Notes under the pieces: generated by a model
What the model was told of the DNA's origin: nothing
The model's input: only the letters and a program-made list of their open reading frames with translations
Databases searched by the model: none
Program-made: the position numbers and the translations under genes
NCBI GenBank assembly: GCA_002419365.1
Contig: DIGA01000116.1
Span: 6,826-70,825 of the forward strand
DNA length: 64,000 nt
Source: Mageeibacillus sp. UBA5734
GTDB taxonomy: Bacteria > Bacillota > Clostridia > Saccharofermentanales > UBA5734
Direction: 5' to 3'
Shown here: piece after piece, positions 31,003 through 39,116 of the stretch
Layout of the letters: each line of letters begins with the position of its first letter
How positions within the stretch are numbered: position 1 is the first letter of the stretch

Positions 31003-33110
31003 GCAAGTCCTCCCTGAGCTTTCAGGTACTGGTAAGTCGGGGCATCGGACAGGCGGATCTTGGCCTGGTCTTCCCTGGCCGGTAGCAAGGCGATCCGGAC
31101 ACGGTCACGGCCCAGATGCTGGACCGTGAGCAAGCTGCTTTCGGTGAACACCCTCAGGATCTGGGCTAATTTGAAGGCTGTCAAGGTCCGGTTGTAACTG
31201 CGGGCGATCCGTCGGGCGAGCAAGGACAAGTCCGTCTGGACCGGATGTTCCGCATAGGCTGTGCGCAAATACTGGAAAGCCATGACATAATCGTCACGAT
31301 CCGGAAGCAGGTGATCCAGTGGCAGCTGGCAGATCCTTGCCAGGCCGTTCAAATCGGGTTGCGGGTCAAATACATCCGGTTGCAGTGGCCAGATGCGGTC
31401 TAGCTCGGTTACCACGCTGGGGTGGATGTCCCTGATCTGGAGTTGCACCGTGCGCCGGCCATTGAATTGATTCAATTCCAGTGCAAACAATAGATCGACC
31501 TGGTCACCGGCAGAAAACAAATCGTCCGCCTGGCTGAAATTAAATGCAATTCCAGCGAGCGGTCGGCTCTTGCCATCATCGACTGCGATGCGAACATGCT
31601 TGCCATTGCCTACCAGGCGCCATTCGGTGAGGGTCAGATTGCGACAGACCAGCAAGGGCTGCCGGTTCCCCTCGCCAAAGGGTGCGAGCTGCTGTAAAGC
31701 GACGGCATTGCTTTCACTAAGGTCATCCAGTGTGACCAGAGCGTCAGCAACCAGTTCAGGTCTGAAGGCCAGCCTGTCAACCTGGCTGGCAGCATAGGCA
31801 TTGACCGCTCTGCGGAAATCTGCCAGGGCGCTCTCGTCTATTTCGATGCCAGCCGCTTTGCGGTGGCCGCCAAATTTGACCGTATGCTCAGCGCCAGCCC
31901 GGATGGCTTCCAGGATGTCGAAATTGCCACACGTGCGGGCCGAACCTTTGAACCGGCCACTTTCACCACCCAGGACAATGACAGGTCGGTGATACAAATC
32001 GACCAGGCGTGAACAGACAATGCCGACCACACCGGTATGCCAGCCCGCGCGAGCCAGCACGATCAGGTCTGGCGAAGTGAAATCAAAAGACGCCTCAATT
32101 TCGGCTGTCGCTTCTGCCAGGATGGCTGCCTCCAGCGACTGGCGCTGGCTGTTTTGTTCCTGTAGCTCCAGAGCCAGCTCCCGCGCCCGGGTGCGATCGT
32201 CTGTTAACAGAAGTTCCAGGGCCGGCATGGCAGCGCCCAGGCGACCGGCAGCATTCAGGCGTGGCGCCAGTGTATATCCGATCGTCCCGGCATCGACCCC
32301 TCGGTCATTCTGGGCACACACAGCCAGCAACTCGGTCAGCCCTATGTGCAAATGGCGATTCAATGCGCCAAGGCCCTGGTAGACCAGGATCCGGTTTTCA
32401 TCCAGCAAGGGCACCACATCTGCGACCGTACCGAGAGCGACCAATGCATATTCCGTCAAATCAGGCAGAGGCACATGCAGAACCTGGCACAAGGCCTGGA
32501 TCAGTTTGAAGGTGACACCGACACCAGACAGGCTGGTCGTCGGGTACAAGGAATCAGATCGCTTGGGATTGACGACAGCCTGGGCTCGCGGCAGGATATC
32601 CGGGCATTCGTGATGGTCCGTGATAACGACAGCCACCCCGGCAGTTTGCAGCTGGTCAACAGCCTGGACACTGGTCACACCGCAGTCGACGGTGATCAGC
32701 AAGCCTGCCCCCAAGGCCAAGGTTCGTTCCACACTCGACTCACTCAAGCCGTAACCATCCACCAGGCGGTCTGGGATCAGGGGCACACAGGGAATGCCAT
32801 TCTGGTGAAAAAACCGGGTCAGCAGTGCCGTTGCCGTCAGTCCATCGACATCGTAGTCGCCATGGATGACGATCGCACGGCCGTCCTCAACCGCCATCTG
32901 GATGGTTGAACAGGCCAGGGCCATGTCCGGCAGCAGGAAAGGGTCGTGGAGATCTTCAAGCCTGGGCTCCAGGAACCGCTCGCGTGCTTTGCTGTCTCCC
33001 AGATGGCGACTCTGCAGAATGCGCTCAGGCAAGGGGGCAGATCCTGGCTGTTCGTCCAGGATTTTCCATTCTTTCTGAATCAGCATCATCGGCCTCCTTT
33101 CTCTGAGCAT
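30999..33110 (-). CDS. recJ: single-stranded-DNA-specific exonuclease RecJ
   Basis: DHH blocks (VIHGDYDVDGLT, VVITDHHE) and DHHA1. ATGA overlap with relA. The start could instead be one of the Met codons near 33089. Confidence 0.9.
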
Positions 33111-33134
33111 TGGCTCAAGTAGTAACAGTATAAC

Positions 33135-33175
33135 AAAAGAGACTCGATACCGCGTGATACCAAGTCTCTTTTTTC
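33135..33175 (-). terminator. hairpin/terminator downstream of yqeY
   Basis: AAAGAGACT (33136-33144) pairs with AGTCTCTTT (33163-33171). T/A runs flank it on both sides. Confidence 0.45.
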
Positions 33176-33190
33176 AAATGTGCATCGCGT

Positions 33191-33634
33191 TTAGCCGAGC
33201 AAACGTTTGACGATCGTATTGACCAGTTTGCCGTCTGCCTTGCCCTTGACGTCAGGCATGAGGACTTTCATCACCGTACCCATGTCGCGGGCGGAATGGG
33301 CATCAGCCTTGGCAATAGCGGCCCGGACCAGCTCTTCGATCTCGGCTTCACTCAGCTGAGCCGGCAGATAGGTCTCGATCAGATCCATCTCGGCCTTGTT
33401 CTTCTCCAGGATGTCCGTGCGACCAGATCCGGCCAGTTCCGTGACAGTCTCGGCGCGCTTCTTGTGCTCCTTGGCCAGGATCTCGAACACGCCGGACTCA
33501 TCCAGCGTGATCTGCTGGTCTTTTTCGACTTGCAGGACAGCAGCCCGGATAATCTGCAGCAAATCCTTGCGCAGGGTGTCCTTGGCCTTCATGGCGTCTT
33601 TGAGGTCTTCCAGCAATTTTTCCTTGATGTTCAT
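33191..33634 (-). CDS. yqeY: GatB/YqeY domain protein
   Basis: MNIKEKLLEDLKDAMKAKDTLRKDLLQIIRAAV...; 147 aa. Start set at ATG 33634 inside track ORF 33191-33781. Confidence 0.85.
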   Translation of the reverse strand: MNIKEKLLEDLKDAMKAKDTLRKDLLQIIRAAVLQVEKDQQITLDESGVFEILAKEHKKRAETVTELAGSGRTDILEKNKAEMDLIETYLPAQLSEAEIEELVRAAIAKADAHSARDMGTVMKVLMPDVKGKADGKLVNTIVKRLLG

Positions 33635-33641
33635 AGGTATC

Positions 33642-33815
33642 TTAACGTTTCCTTTTCCTGGCCGCTTCGGCTTTCTTCTTGCGGCGGACGCTTGGTTTTT
33701 CATAATGTTCACGTTTGCGGACTTCGGCCAAAACGCCGGAGCGTGAGCAAGAACGCTTGAAACGACGCAGTGCGCTGTCAAGGGTTTCGTTTTCTTTCAC
33801 TCGAATTTCAGACAT
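33642..33815 (-). CDS. rpsU: 30S ribosomal protein S21
   Basis: 57-aa ORF, below the track cut-off: [57 protein letters not shown]. Confidence 0.9.
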   Translation of the reverse strand: MSEIRVKENETLDSALRRFKRSCSRSGVLAEVRKREHYEKPSVRRKKKAEAARKRKR

Positions 33816-33904
33816 GTTGTTTTCACCCCCCTCAACGGCATAATCCTGCCCTCTGTGGTGTCGACAGGCGCAACAAATCCTCGCAGACTGGCTGCAGCAG
33901 TAGC

Positions 33905-33934
33905 ATTATAAGCGCTGGCTCAGCCTTTCGTCAA
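33905..33934 (-). promoter_or_regulatory. candidate promoter of rpsU-yqeY
   Basis: On the minus strand: TTGACG (33929-33934), 18 nt, TATAAT (33905-33910). Confidence 0.55.
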
Positions 33935-33975
33935 TGAAGCCCAGCCCCCGGCCCAGCTTGAATTCTGTGGTTCTT

Positions 33976-34326
33976 TCAGACGATTTTGTCGCCCAGGACC
34001 TTGCCGCCCAGCAGGTGGAAATGGACATGGGCAATGGTCTGGCCCGCGTCAGCACCACAGTTGTTGATCACGCGATAGCCGTTCTGGCGGATGCCCAGCT
34101 TATCCGCAACTTTGGGGATGGCACGCAAAACCTGACCCAGGATCTTTTCGCCATCCGGGTGGCTGGCCAGGTTATCCAGGTCCGGTACATGGGCTTTGGG
34201 CACAACCAGGGCATGGACCGGGGCCTGGGGATGCAAGTCATGAAATGCAACAACAGCATCATCTTCATAAATGAACTGGATCGGGATGTCTCCGCTGGCC
34301 AATTTGCAGAAAATGCAGTCAGACAT
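33976..34326 (-). CDS. HIT-family (histidine triad) nucleotide-binding protein
   Basis: Histidine triad HVHFHLLGG; 116 aa. Confidence 0.9.
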   Translation of the reverse strand: MSDCIFCKLASGDIPIQFIYEDDAVVAFHDLHPQAPVHALVVPKAHVPDLDNLASHPDGEKILGQVLRAIPKVADKLGIRQNGYRVINNCGADAGQTIAHVHFHLLGGKVLGDKIV

Positions 34327-34353
34327 GCTCTTCCTCCTGTGAAGATCTCTGGT

Positions 34354-37017
34354 TCAGAGTCCCAGCTGCTTGTGTGCCAGTTCGGCAGCTGCGGCCAGAG
34401 CCTTGTCGATCGCTGCGACGTCTTTGCCACCGGCCTGGGCCATGTCGGGCCGGCCGCCACCACCGCCGCCTGTGATCCGGGCGGCTTCACGGACGAGGTT
34501 ACCCGCATTGGCACCTGCCTGGACAGCCTCAGGACTGGCCATCGCGACCAGTGCTACTTTCCCTTCCTGGCTGCTGGCCAGGACAACAACAGCCGGGGCA
34601 ATTTTGTCCCGCAGACGATCGGCTGCCTGGCGCAGCTGGTCGGCATCCGGTGTGTCGAGGCGTGCGGTGAGGATTTTGAACGAACCGGCTACAATCGCCT
34701 GGGCAGCGAGCTCATCGGCTGCTCCAGCTGTCCGGCGAGCCTGCTCGGCTTCAATCTGCTTTTCGAGTTCTCTGGTCCGGTTGAGCAGGACTTCGACTCG
34801 GTGGGGGACCTCGTTGGCGGGCGCTTTGACCATCTGGCCCATTTTGAGCAGCAGGTCATCTTGCTCACGGACCCAGGCCAGGGCAGCCTGTCCAGTGATG
34901 CCTTCAATCCGGCGTACACCGGCTGCGACACCGCTCTCGGAAACCAGACGGAAGAGACAAGCTTCAGCAGACTGCTTCAGGTGGGTCCCACCGCACAATT
35001 CCTGGCTGAAATCACCAACGCGCACGACACGGACCTGGTCGCCGTACTTTTCATCAAACAAAGCCATGGCGCCAGACTGGCGTGCCTCATCGAGCGACAT
35101 CACATCCGTCTGGACAGCAAGATTCTCCAGGATCACACCATTGACAATCTGCTCCACCTGGGCCTTTTCGGCAGCGGTCATCGGCTGGAAATGAGAGAAG
35201 TCGAAACGCAGGCGATCCGGCGAGACAGCCGATCCGGCCTGGGCCACATGGTCACCCAGGACCTGGCGCAACGCTTTGTGCAGGATATGGGTCGTTGTAT
35301 GGTTACGGGCGGTCGACAGTCGGGCGGTGCGGTCCACTGTCAGTGCAACTGCCTCTCCCTGCGCCAGGCTGCCTGTTTCGACGATGGCACTGTGCAAGTA
35401 GATACCCTCTGCGGTTTTTGTCGTGTCGAGCACCCGTGCGGTGCCGGTGCGGCCGGAAATCTGGCCGACATCACCGGTCTGGCCGCCGGCAGCACCGTAG
35501 AAAGGTGTGCGGTCTGTGATCAGGGTGATTTTCTGGTTTTCAACGGCCAGGTCCGAAAGGCTCAACGTTTCACTGGCTTCGTCGGTGACCAGGATGGCTT
35601 TGATCACACCTTCGTCAGTCAAGGTCTCATAGCCCGTGAACACAGTCGGCACCGTTCGATCAACACCCTCAGGCAGGCTGCCCTGTCCCCACGCAGAACC
35701 GACCTTCTCCCGCAAGGCTTTGCGGGCCATATCTTTTTGCCGGTTCATCTCGGCACGGAAACCGTCTTCATCGATCTCAAGGCCCTGTTCCGCGGCAATT
35801 TCCCGGGTCAGGTCAAGCGGGAATCCGTATGTATCATGGAGCTTGAAAACATCCTCACCGGACAGGCGCAACCGGCCTTCGGCCCGGGACTTCTCCATCA
35901 TCTGCTCGAGGATGGCAGTGCCCTGGGCGATGGTTTCGGCAAAACGCTCTTCTTCGGTACGGATGACCTTGGTGATGTAATCCTGCCTGGCTTCAAGTTC
36001 GGGATAAGCGGACCTGGATTCGCGCACGACAATGGAGCACACATCATACAGGAATGGCTTATCGATGCCGAGCAGGCGGCCAAAACGGGCCGCACGGCGC
36101 AAGAGGCGGCGCAGAACATAACCGCGGCCTTCGTTCGACGGGATGATGCCATCCGAAATCATCATGGTCGTGCTGCGGATGTGGTCGGTGATGACTCGGA
36201 TCGCGACATCGGTCTTCTCATCCTGGCCATACTGGACCGAGGCTTTGGCACAGACATAGTCCAGGATCGCACGGACGGTGTCGACTTCGAACAGATTGCC
36301 CACGCCCTGCATGATGACGGCAAAGCGCTCAAGTCCCGCACCTGTGTCGATGTTTTTCTTGGCCAGCGGCGTATAGGTGCCGTCCTCCTCTTTATTGAAC
36401 TGGGTGAAGACCAGGTTCCAGAACTCGACATAGCGGTCGCAATCACAGCCGACCTGGCAGGTTGGGCTGTCACAGCCGAATTCCTCACCGCGGTCAAAAT
36501 AGATCTCCGAGCAGGGGCCGCAGGGACCCGTACCGTGTTCCCAGAAATTATCTGCCTTGCCGAGGCGGAAAATCTTCGATTCCGGCAGACCCACATCCTG
36601 GTGCCAGATGTCGTAGGCCTCGTCATCCTCGAGGTAGACGGTCACAAACAGGCGATCTTCGGGGATTTCCATGACTTTTGTGCAGAATTCCCAGGCCCAT
36701 GGGATAATTTCCTTTTTGAAATAGTCGCCAAACGAGAAGTTGCCCAGCATCTCGAAATACGTGCCATGGCGGCTCGTCTTGCCGACGCGCTCGATATCCG
36801 GGGTGCGGATGCATTTCTGGCAGGTCGTGACTCGCGGTGCTGGCGGTGTCTGGGCACCGGTGAAATAGGGTTTCAGCGGTGTCATCCCCGCATTGATCAG
36901 CAGGATCGAGGGGTCGTTCTTGGGCACCAGCGGGAAACTGGGCAGGCGCAAGTGTTCCTTAGATTCAAAGAAAGCCAGGAATTTCTCCCGGATGTCATTC
37001 AGACCGAGTGGTTGCAT
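34354..37017 (-). CDS. alaS: alanine--tRNA ligase
   Basis: Motifs RHGTYFEMLGNFSFGDYFK, the editing-domain HTTTHILH, and a DHHA1-like C-terminus. Start set at ATG 37017 (MQPLGLNDIREKFL...) with an AAGGAG RBS. Confidence 0.95.
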   Translation of the reverse strand: MQPLGLNDIREKFLAFFESKEHLRLPSFPLVPKNDPSILLINAGMTPLKPYFTGAQTPPAPRVTTCQKCIRTPDIERVGKTSRHGTYFEMLGNFSFGDYFKKEIIPWAWEFCTKVMEIPEDRLFVTVYLEDDEAYDIWHQDVGLPESKIFRLGKADNFWEHGTGPCGPCSEIYFDRGEEFGCDSPTCQVGCDCDRYVEFWNLVFTQFNKEEDGTYTPLAKKNIDTGAGLERFAVIMQGVGNLFEVDTVRAILDYVCAKASVQYGQDEKTDVAIRVITDHIRSTTMMISDGIIPSNEGRGYVLRRLLRRAARFGRLLGIDKPFLYDVCSIVVRESRSAYPELEARQDYITKVIRTEEERFAETIAQGTAILEQMMEKSRAEGRLRLSGEDVFKLHDTYGFPLDLTREIAAEQGLEIDEDGFRAEMNRQKDMARKALREKVGSAWGQGSLPEGVDRTVPTVFTGYETLTDEGVIKAILVTDEASETLSLSDLAVENQKITLITDRTPFYGAAGGQTGDVGQISGRTGTARVLDTTKTAEGIYLHSAIVETGSLAQGEAVALTVDRTARLSTARNHTTTHILHKALRQVLGDHVAQAGSAVSPDRLRFDFSHFQPMTAAEKAQVEQIVNGVILENLAVQTDVMSLDEARQSGAMALFDEKYGDQVRVVRVGDFSQELCGGTHLKQSAEACLFRLVSESGVAAGVRRIEGITGQAALAWVREQDDLLLKMGQMVKAPANEVPHRVEVLLNRTRELEKQIEAEQARRTAGAADELAAQAIVAGSFKILTARLDTPDADQLRQAADRLRDKIAPAVVVLASSQEGKVALVAMASPEAVQAGANAGNLVREAARITGGGGGGRPDMAQAGGKDVAAIDKALAAAAELAHKQLGL

Positions 37018-37079
37018 GGTGGTCACGTCTCCTTGCCGGATGTTGGGCCTTCTCAATAGGGCCATTCATTATCCGGAAT

Positions 37080-37108
37080 AGTTTACACGAATCAGCAAGG
37101 ACGGGCAA
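37080..37108 (-). promoter_or_regulatory. candidate promoter of alaS
   Basis: On the minus strand: TTGCCC (37103-37108), 17 nt, TAAACT (37080-37085). It lies just outside the mobile element. Confidence 0.45.
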
Positions 37109-37268
37109 CTAGCCGCCACAGGTGGCTCTTTGCTTAATACCGTGAAAGGCAGGTCAGAACTGGATTTCTTGCAGTCGCAGCCATTGATCAGCTTGACGGT
37201 CAATCAAGCAGTGAAACGTGCACCCTGGAACGTTTATTTTCCGCTCTGGGGGCCACCTGCCGCGCCAT

Positions 37269-37310
37269 CCCTGGCCCCGGATCGTGAAATTTCACAATTA
37301 CGGGCCAGGG
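37269..37310. repeat. perfect 9-bp-stem hairpin with nested GTGAAATTTCAC palindrome
   Basis: CCCTGGCCC (37269-37277) pairs with GGGCCAGGG (37302-37310). The inner palindrome is at 37284-37295. Confidence 0.7.
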
Positions 37311-37336
37311 TGGTGTTTGACACATATCCTGACACG

Positions 37337-37490
37337 AACCTCAAACCGCCTGCGGCTGTAGGATCAGCAGGGTTCCTTATCTGAACTTCCGGAAAACGAC
37401 CTCGACCTGAAAGTTGAAATTTCAAAAACCAGGTCGGGGTCGTTTTCGTGCAACAACGAACTATCAAACCTCAGAGAGCCTGCGGCTGTA
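37337..37490. repeat. 24-bp direct repeat pair flanking the central hairpin
   Basis: AACCTCAAACCGCCTGCGGCTGTA (37337-37360) and AACCTCAGAGAGCCTGCGGCTGTA (37467-37490), 21/24 identical. Confidence 0.65.
37392..37447. repeat. 18-bp-stem central hairpin (terminator-like, A-run/T-run flanked)
   Basis: 37392-37409 pairs with 37430-37447, with a single T402:G437 pair. The 20-nt loop contains TTGAAATTTCAA. Confidence 0.7.
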
Positions 37491-37530
37491 ACCTTTGGCG
37501 TCACTGACCCACGAGGTGCATGAATGTTCA

Positions 37531-37644
37531 GGGTGGCCCCGGATCGTGCAACTTCCGCTCTGGGGGTCACCCTTCGCGCGACCCCTGGCCCCGAATCGTG
37601 CAGTTTCCGCCGAAAGGGTCACCCTTCTTCATGCGCCACCCCTG
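37531..37644. repeat. 52-bp tandem repeat (about 2.2 units), with a further diverged unit at 37239-37296
   Basis: GGCCCC recurs at 37535 and 37587. Unit 37553-37610 matches 37239-37296 at 46/58 positions. Confidence 0.65.
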
Positions 37645-37744
37645 TCTCTTAATAGTCTTTTCACGGTAATAAGCAAAGAGCCCCACAGGTGGCTCCCGGA
37701 CTGCTGGTTTCCGACACCAGGCTGGTCCATCCGTAATTAATCTG

Positions 37745-37753
37745 TGATAGAAT
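37745..37753 (+). promoter_or_regulatory. extended -10 element (TGATAGAAT) upstream of the DUF1015 gene
   Basis: TGATAGAAT at 37745-37753, about 54 nt upstream of ATG 37807. Confidence 0.4.
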
Positions 37754-37806
37754 CTGGTTTGAACGAAAATACGGAATCATCCAGTCCTTGAAAGGGGTAT
37801 CCCGAC

Positions 37807-39114
37807 ATGTCCCAGTCACTTCCCCAAACGACCCAGGCTGAACAAAGCGCGCTTGCTGCTTCTCTGGGTGTCGCTATCCCGGAACTTTATATTCCCAGAA
37901 CCGGCATTGATCTGTCACGATGGGCTGTCGTGGCCTGTGACCAGTACACCTCCCAGCCAGAGTACTGGCAGCAGTCAGAGGCTCTCGTTGGTGATGCCCC
38001 TTCCACACTGCGCCTGGTGCTACCGGAAATTTATCTGGAACATCCCGGAGACACGCCAGTCGAAAGCAGAATCGCCCGCATCAACCAGACCATGGCGGAG
38101 TACCTCGACCAGGGTATCCTGGTTCCCCTGGCACCGGGCTGTATGGTCATTGATCGGGAGACCCGCTTGCATCCGAGCCGCAAAGGTTGGTTGATTGCCA
38201 TCGATCTGGAGCGATATGATTTCACACCAGGCAACAGGGAACTGACCCGGGCGACGGAAGGAACGGTTCTCGACCGCATTCCTCCGCGCCAGGCCATCCG
38301 CAAAGATGCTTTGCTGGAACTCCCCCATGTCCAGCTGCTGATTGACGACCCGGACCGGACTGTGATCGAGCCCCTTTACACAGCCTTGTCGCAAGAAGTG
38401 CCTCTGTATGCAACAGAGCTGGCACAAGAAGGCGGCTCGGTCAGAGGCTGGCATGTGCCATCTGACAACACGCTGCTGGAGACTGCTTTGAAGGCCCTGG
38501 GCCAGCTGGCGTCACTCAAGGACTACGGGTTGCTTTTTGCCGTCGGGGATGGCAACCACTCTCTGGCCACCGCCAAAGCCCACTGGAACAGCATCAAAGA
38601 CGAGGTCGAACCAGACCATCCAGCCCGTTATGCCCTGGCTGAGATCATCAACATCCATGACCAGGGACTCGACTTTGAACCGATCCACCGGGCCGTCTTC
38701 AATGTCGAATTTGAACGCTTCCTGGATCATGCCGACCGTTTCTTCAAAAAACAGCTGGCTGCCATGGTCAAGCCTGAACAGGCCTTGATCCAGCTTGTGC
38801 CGGTTTATGGACCTGGTTTCAAGACTGACCTGTCAGTCCCGCTCCAGCCAGGCGATCTGCTCGTCGGGGCCATCCAGGCCATGCTGGACGATCTGGTGGT
38901 CCGGCATCCTGATGTCCGGCTCGACTACATCCATGGCGAAGAAGTCGTACGGGAACTCTCGGGCAAAGGGGCTGTCGGTCTGATCCTACCGCCGCTTGAG
39001 AAATCCGAATTTTTTGGCATCATTGCGCGGGATGGCATCTTGCCGCGCAAAACCTTCTCCATGGGTGAGGCCTTCGAAAAACGCTACTATTTCGAAAGCC
39101 GGCGGATCCGCTGA
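37807..39114 (+). CDS. DUF1015 family protein
   Basis: Blocks VVACDQYTSQPEYW (compare the PPYDVIS region of the family) and AVGDGNHSLATAKAHW (compare ADGHHRY); 435 aa. Confidence 0.75.
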   Translation: MSQSLPQTTQAEQSALAASLGVAIPELYIPRTGIDLSRWAVVACDQYTSQPEYWQQSEALVGDAPSTLRLVLPEIYLEHPGDTPVESRIARINQTMAEYLDQGILVPLAPGCMVIDRETRLHPSRKGWLIAIDLERYDFTPGNRELTRATEGTVLDRIPPRQAIRKDALLELPHVQLLIDDPDRTVIEPLYTALSQEVPLYATELAQEGGSVRGWHVPSDNTLLETALKALGQLASLKDYGLLFAVGDGNHSLATAKAHWNSIKDEVEPDHPARYALAEIINIHDQGLDFEPIHRAVFNVEFERFLDHADRFFKKQLAAMVKPEQALIQLVPVYGPGFKTDLSVPLQPGDLLVGAIQAMLDDLVVRHPDVRLDYIHGEEVVRELSGKGAVGLILPPLEKSEFFGIIARDGILPRKTFSMGEAFEKRYYFESRRIR

Positions 39115-39116
39115 TC

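Larger units (their letters stand above)
37124..37682. mobile_element. 559-bp non-autonomous TIR element (MITE-like) with 8-bp target-site duplication
   Basis: TIR-L is GGCTCTTTGCTTAATACCGTGAAAGG (37124-37149). The reverse complement of 37657-37682 is GGCTCTTTGCTTATTACCGTGAAAAG (24/26 identical). A perfect direct repeat CCACAGGT flanks the element at 37116-37123 and 37683-37690. The interior has no convincing ORF. Confidence 0.7.

Noticed and set aside
33934-37059. 1041-aa ORF on the plus strand
   Set aside because: It lies exactly antisense to alaS and HIT. Its translation is low-complexity (G/D/A/R-rich) with no recognisable domain. This is a typical shadow ORF of a GC-rich gene, and alaS on the minus strand is unambiguous.
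37531-37644. Possible CRISPR-like array (52-bp periodicity)
   Set aside because: There are only about 2.2 contiguous units. The units are diverged throughout rather than alternating conserved repeats with unique spacers. No cas genes are present.
37111-37700. Retron msr/msd, ORF-less group II intron or a known large ncRNA (OLE/ROOL/GOLLD-type) as an explanation of the structured spacer
   Set aside because: There is no reverse transcriptase gene nearby and no domain V-like or GUGCG intron boundary. I cannot match any remembered consensus of those RNAs. It cannot be fully excluded without Rfam/Infernal, so the structural features are reported as a finding instead.
37130-37740. Small ORFs inside the 559-bp element (37130-37384, 37495-37740 plus strand; 37234-37570 minus strand)
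   Set aside because: Their similar peptide stretches (PLWGPPAAPSLAPDRE and PLWGSPFARPLAPNRA) simply reflect the DNA repeat. They have no RBS, and their frames differ between repeat copies.
37018-37806. T-box or other riboswitch leader for alaS, or a ZTP-like motif, in the long spacer
   Set aside because: No T-box sequence or specifier architecture is present on the minus strand. The AGGGTGG, GGATCGTG and CCGCCTGCGG strings only superficially resemble T-box or pfl motifs. The TIR plus 8-bp duplication explains the extra DNA better.
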